This document shows, piece after piece, positions 18,486 through 19,497 of a stretch of DNA of 19,497 nt (the first letter of the stretch is position 1; each line of letters begins with the position of its first letter). Below the pieces are notes generated by a model, which made no database searches, was not told the DNA's origin, and saw nothing but the letters and a program-made list of their open reading frames with translations. Made by a program: the position numbers and the translations under genes. The DNA comes from a virus (taxonomy: Duplodnaviria > Heunggongvirae > Uroviricota > Caudoviricetes): IMG/VR virus record IMGVR_UViG_2600254985_000001. One strand, written 5' to 3'.

Positions 18486-18716
18486 CTATTCAAATACTGA
18501 TTGCAAATATTCATCTGAATATGGACACCAACCTTCGTCATCAGTCATTTCTTTTTTAAGTTGTTTCCAGTTTGAAAACTGACCAATAATAGAATCGTTG
18601 TCTCCACACGTCTCACAATAATCTTCAACTTCTTCTAATTCTTTTTCTGAAGTATTTTCTGACATCAGATAAAGTCCTCCGCCCAAATGGTCTTCAACTA
18701 CCCAATATTTTTTCAT
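18486..18716 (-). CDS. small acidic Cys-containing hypothetical protein between terS and terL (76 aa)
   Basis: ORF with an ATGA overlap with the terS stop. Contains CETCGD and WCPY, a possible small zinc-ribbon-like fold. No functional assignment. Confidence 0.5.
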   Translation of the reverse strand: MKKYWVVEDHLGGGLYLMSENTSEKELEEVEDYCETCGDNDSIIGQFSNWKQLKKEMTDDEGWCPYSDEYLQSVFE

Positions 18717-19237
18717 TCAAACCCCTCTGGGACTTTGATTTCTGGCGTTTTATACTTACTTAGCTTATAGTCGTCAAGTTCTTCAATTTTAGCTTTAAGG
18801 TCATGAGCACTTGATTCTTCCTGTTGCAATCTCCGCCATTCAGTAGGGTTATAAAGTTCAGGGTTTCCAGCCTTAGCAACCATCATTGCTACCAAGCTAT
18901 CTTTATCAAGTTCTTTCTCTTTAACCTTTACTTTTTCAACGTTTCCGTCAGCGTCATATATTGTTTCTGTTTCTTTTAGCGTTCTGACTGTCAGTTTGCT
19001 CGCTAAGGCACTTTCGGCTAGTTCTAATAGATTTCCCCTAGCAATGCTTTTAGCTTCGTCATACGCCTTTATATTGTCATCTCGCCACTTTCTAAAAGTT
19101 TTAGCCGAACAATGCAAACTGGTGTAGATTTCTCTGTCATTACAGCCTGATTCAATTTTATCAATGATTTGGCTAAAAAGCGGTTCTTCATACATCTTAG
19201 GTAAAATTGTGGGTCTGCCACCTTTTTGTGTTTGCAT
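18713..19237 (-). CDS. terS: terminase small subunit
   Basis: 174-aa ORF, first gene of the late operon, preceded by an AAGGA ribosome-binding site. N-terminal helix-turn-helix-like region and acidic C-terminus. Sits immediately downstream of a repeat-containing non-coding region. Confidence 0.7.
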   Translation of the reverse strand: MQTQKGGRPTILPKMYEEPLFSQIIDKIESGCNDREIYTSLHCSAKTFRKWRDDNIKAYDEAKSIARGNLLELAESALASKLTVRTLKETETIYDADGNVEKVKVKEKELDKDSLVAMMVAKAGNPELYNPTEWRRLQQEESSAHDLKAKIEELDDYKLSKYKTPEIKVPEGFE

Positions 19238-19311
19238 ATTATCCTTTCTTTTAAATGTGGTTATATCGTTTAAAGCCTATATTTTCGTTCCTGTGAGCGT
19301 TAAGTTAATTA

Positions 19312-19330
19312 GACTTAAATTATATCGTAA
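19312..19330 (-). promoter_or_regulatory. candidate late promoter -10 element (TATAAT on the minus strand at 19319..19324) upstream of terS
   Basis: Perfect TATAAT hexamer on the minus strand about 80 nt upstream of the terS start. No convincing -35 hexamer at 17 bp spacing. Confidence 0.25.
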
Positions 19331-19394
19331 TGATATAAACACGCTCATACGAGCCAAAATATTAGCATATAGCCATATAATTTCCTTTTTATTT

Positions 19395-19451
19395 GAGATT
19401 TAGCGAGATTTAGCGAGATTTAGCGAGATTTAGCAAGATTTAGCGAGATTT
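19395..19451. repeat. tandem 10-bp direct repeat array (GAGATTTAGC, five units plus a partial unit; the fifth unit has G->A at its first base)
   Basis: Directly visible: gagatttagc gagatttagc gagatttagc gagatttagc aagatttagc gagattt, in the non-coding region upstream of terS. Confidence 0.9.
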
Positions 19452-19464
19452 TTCTTTTTGATTT

Positions 19465-19497
19465 TTTGGGGGATTCGCAGCCGGGAGTCCTTTGTGC
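19465..19497. other. GC-rich segment at the window edge, candidate cos or packaging-site region
   Basis: GGGGGATTCGCAGCCGGGAGTCCTTTGTGC is strongly GC-rich against an approximately 35% GC background. It contains an imperfect inverted repeat (GGATTC ... GAGTCC) and sits just beyond the repeat array upstream of terS. Confidence 0.3.

Noticed and set aside
794-19237. Embedded defense, anti-defense or toxin-antitoxin cassette within the late operon
   Set aside because: Every ORF sits in a syntenic structural, packaging or lysis position with tight coupling. No gene has a nuclease, kinase, methyltransferase or toxin motif apart from the terminase-associated HNH. The only clear accessory insertion is the SGNH-domain neck protein, which is more plausibly a virion component.
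19395-19451. Possible CRISPR array or minisatellite artefact upstream of terS
   Set aside because: The 10-bp units are too short and have no spacers. The location in the packaging or late-promoter region favours a protein-binding iteron array.

Overview
This 19.5 kb, AT-rich window reads as the near-complete late (packaging, morphogenesis, lysis) module of a lactococcal 936-group (Skunavirus-like) siphophage, encoded on the minus strand from about 19237 down to 794. Gene order is terS, small Cys protein, terL, HNH endonuclease, portal, prohead protease, major capsid protein, four head-tail joining proteins, a 789-aa accessory protein, major tail protein, two chaperone-like proteins, tape measure protein, Dit, Tal, a small ORF, receptor-binding protein, holin, endolysin. 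The 3' ends of the convergent early genes lie on the plus strand at 1..747, separated from the endolysin by a bidirectional terminator. The most unusual elements are (1) the 789-aa protein between the head-tail joining genes and mtp, which carries an N-terminal coiled coil and a C-terminal SGNH/GDSL esterase motif set, and (2) a receptor-binding protein whose neck is expanded by about six in-frame 33-bp tandem repeats. Upstream of terS there is a five-copy 10-bp tandem repeat array and a GC-rich segment at the window edge that may be the cos/packaging region. No integrase, tRNA, rRNA or CRISPR array is visible. All family assignments rest on reading the translated ORFs, synteny and recollection of 936-group phage organisation; no database search was run.
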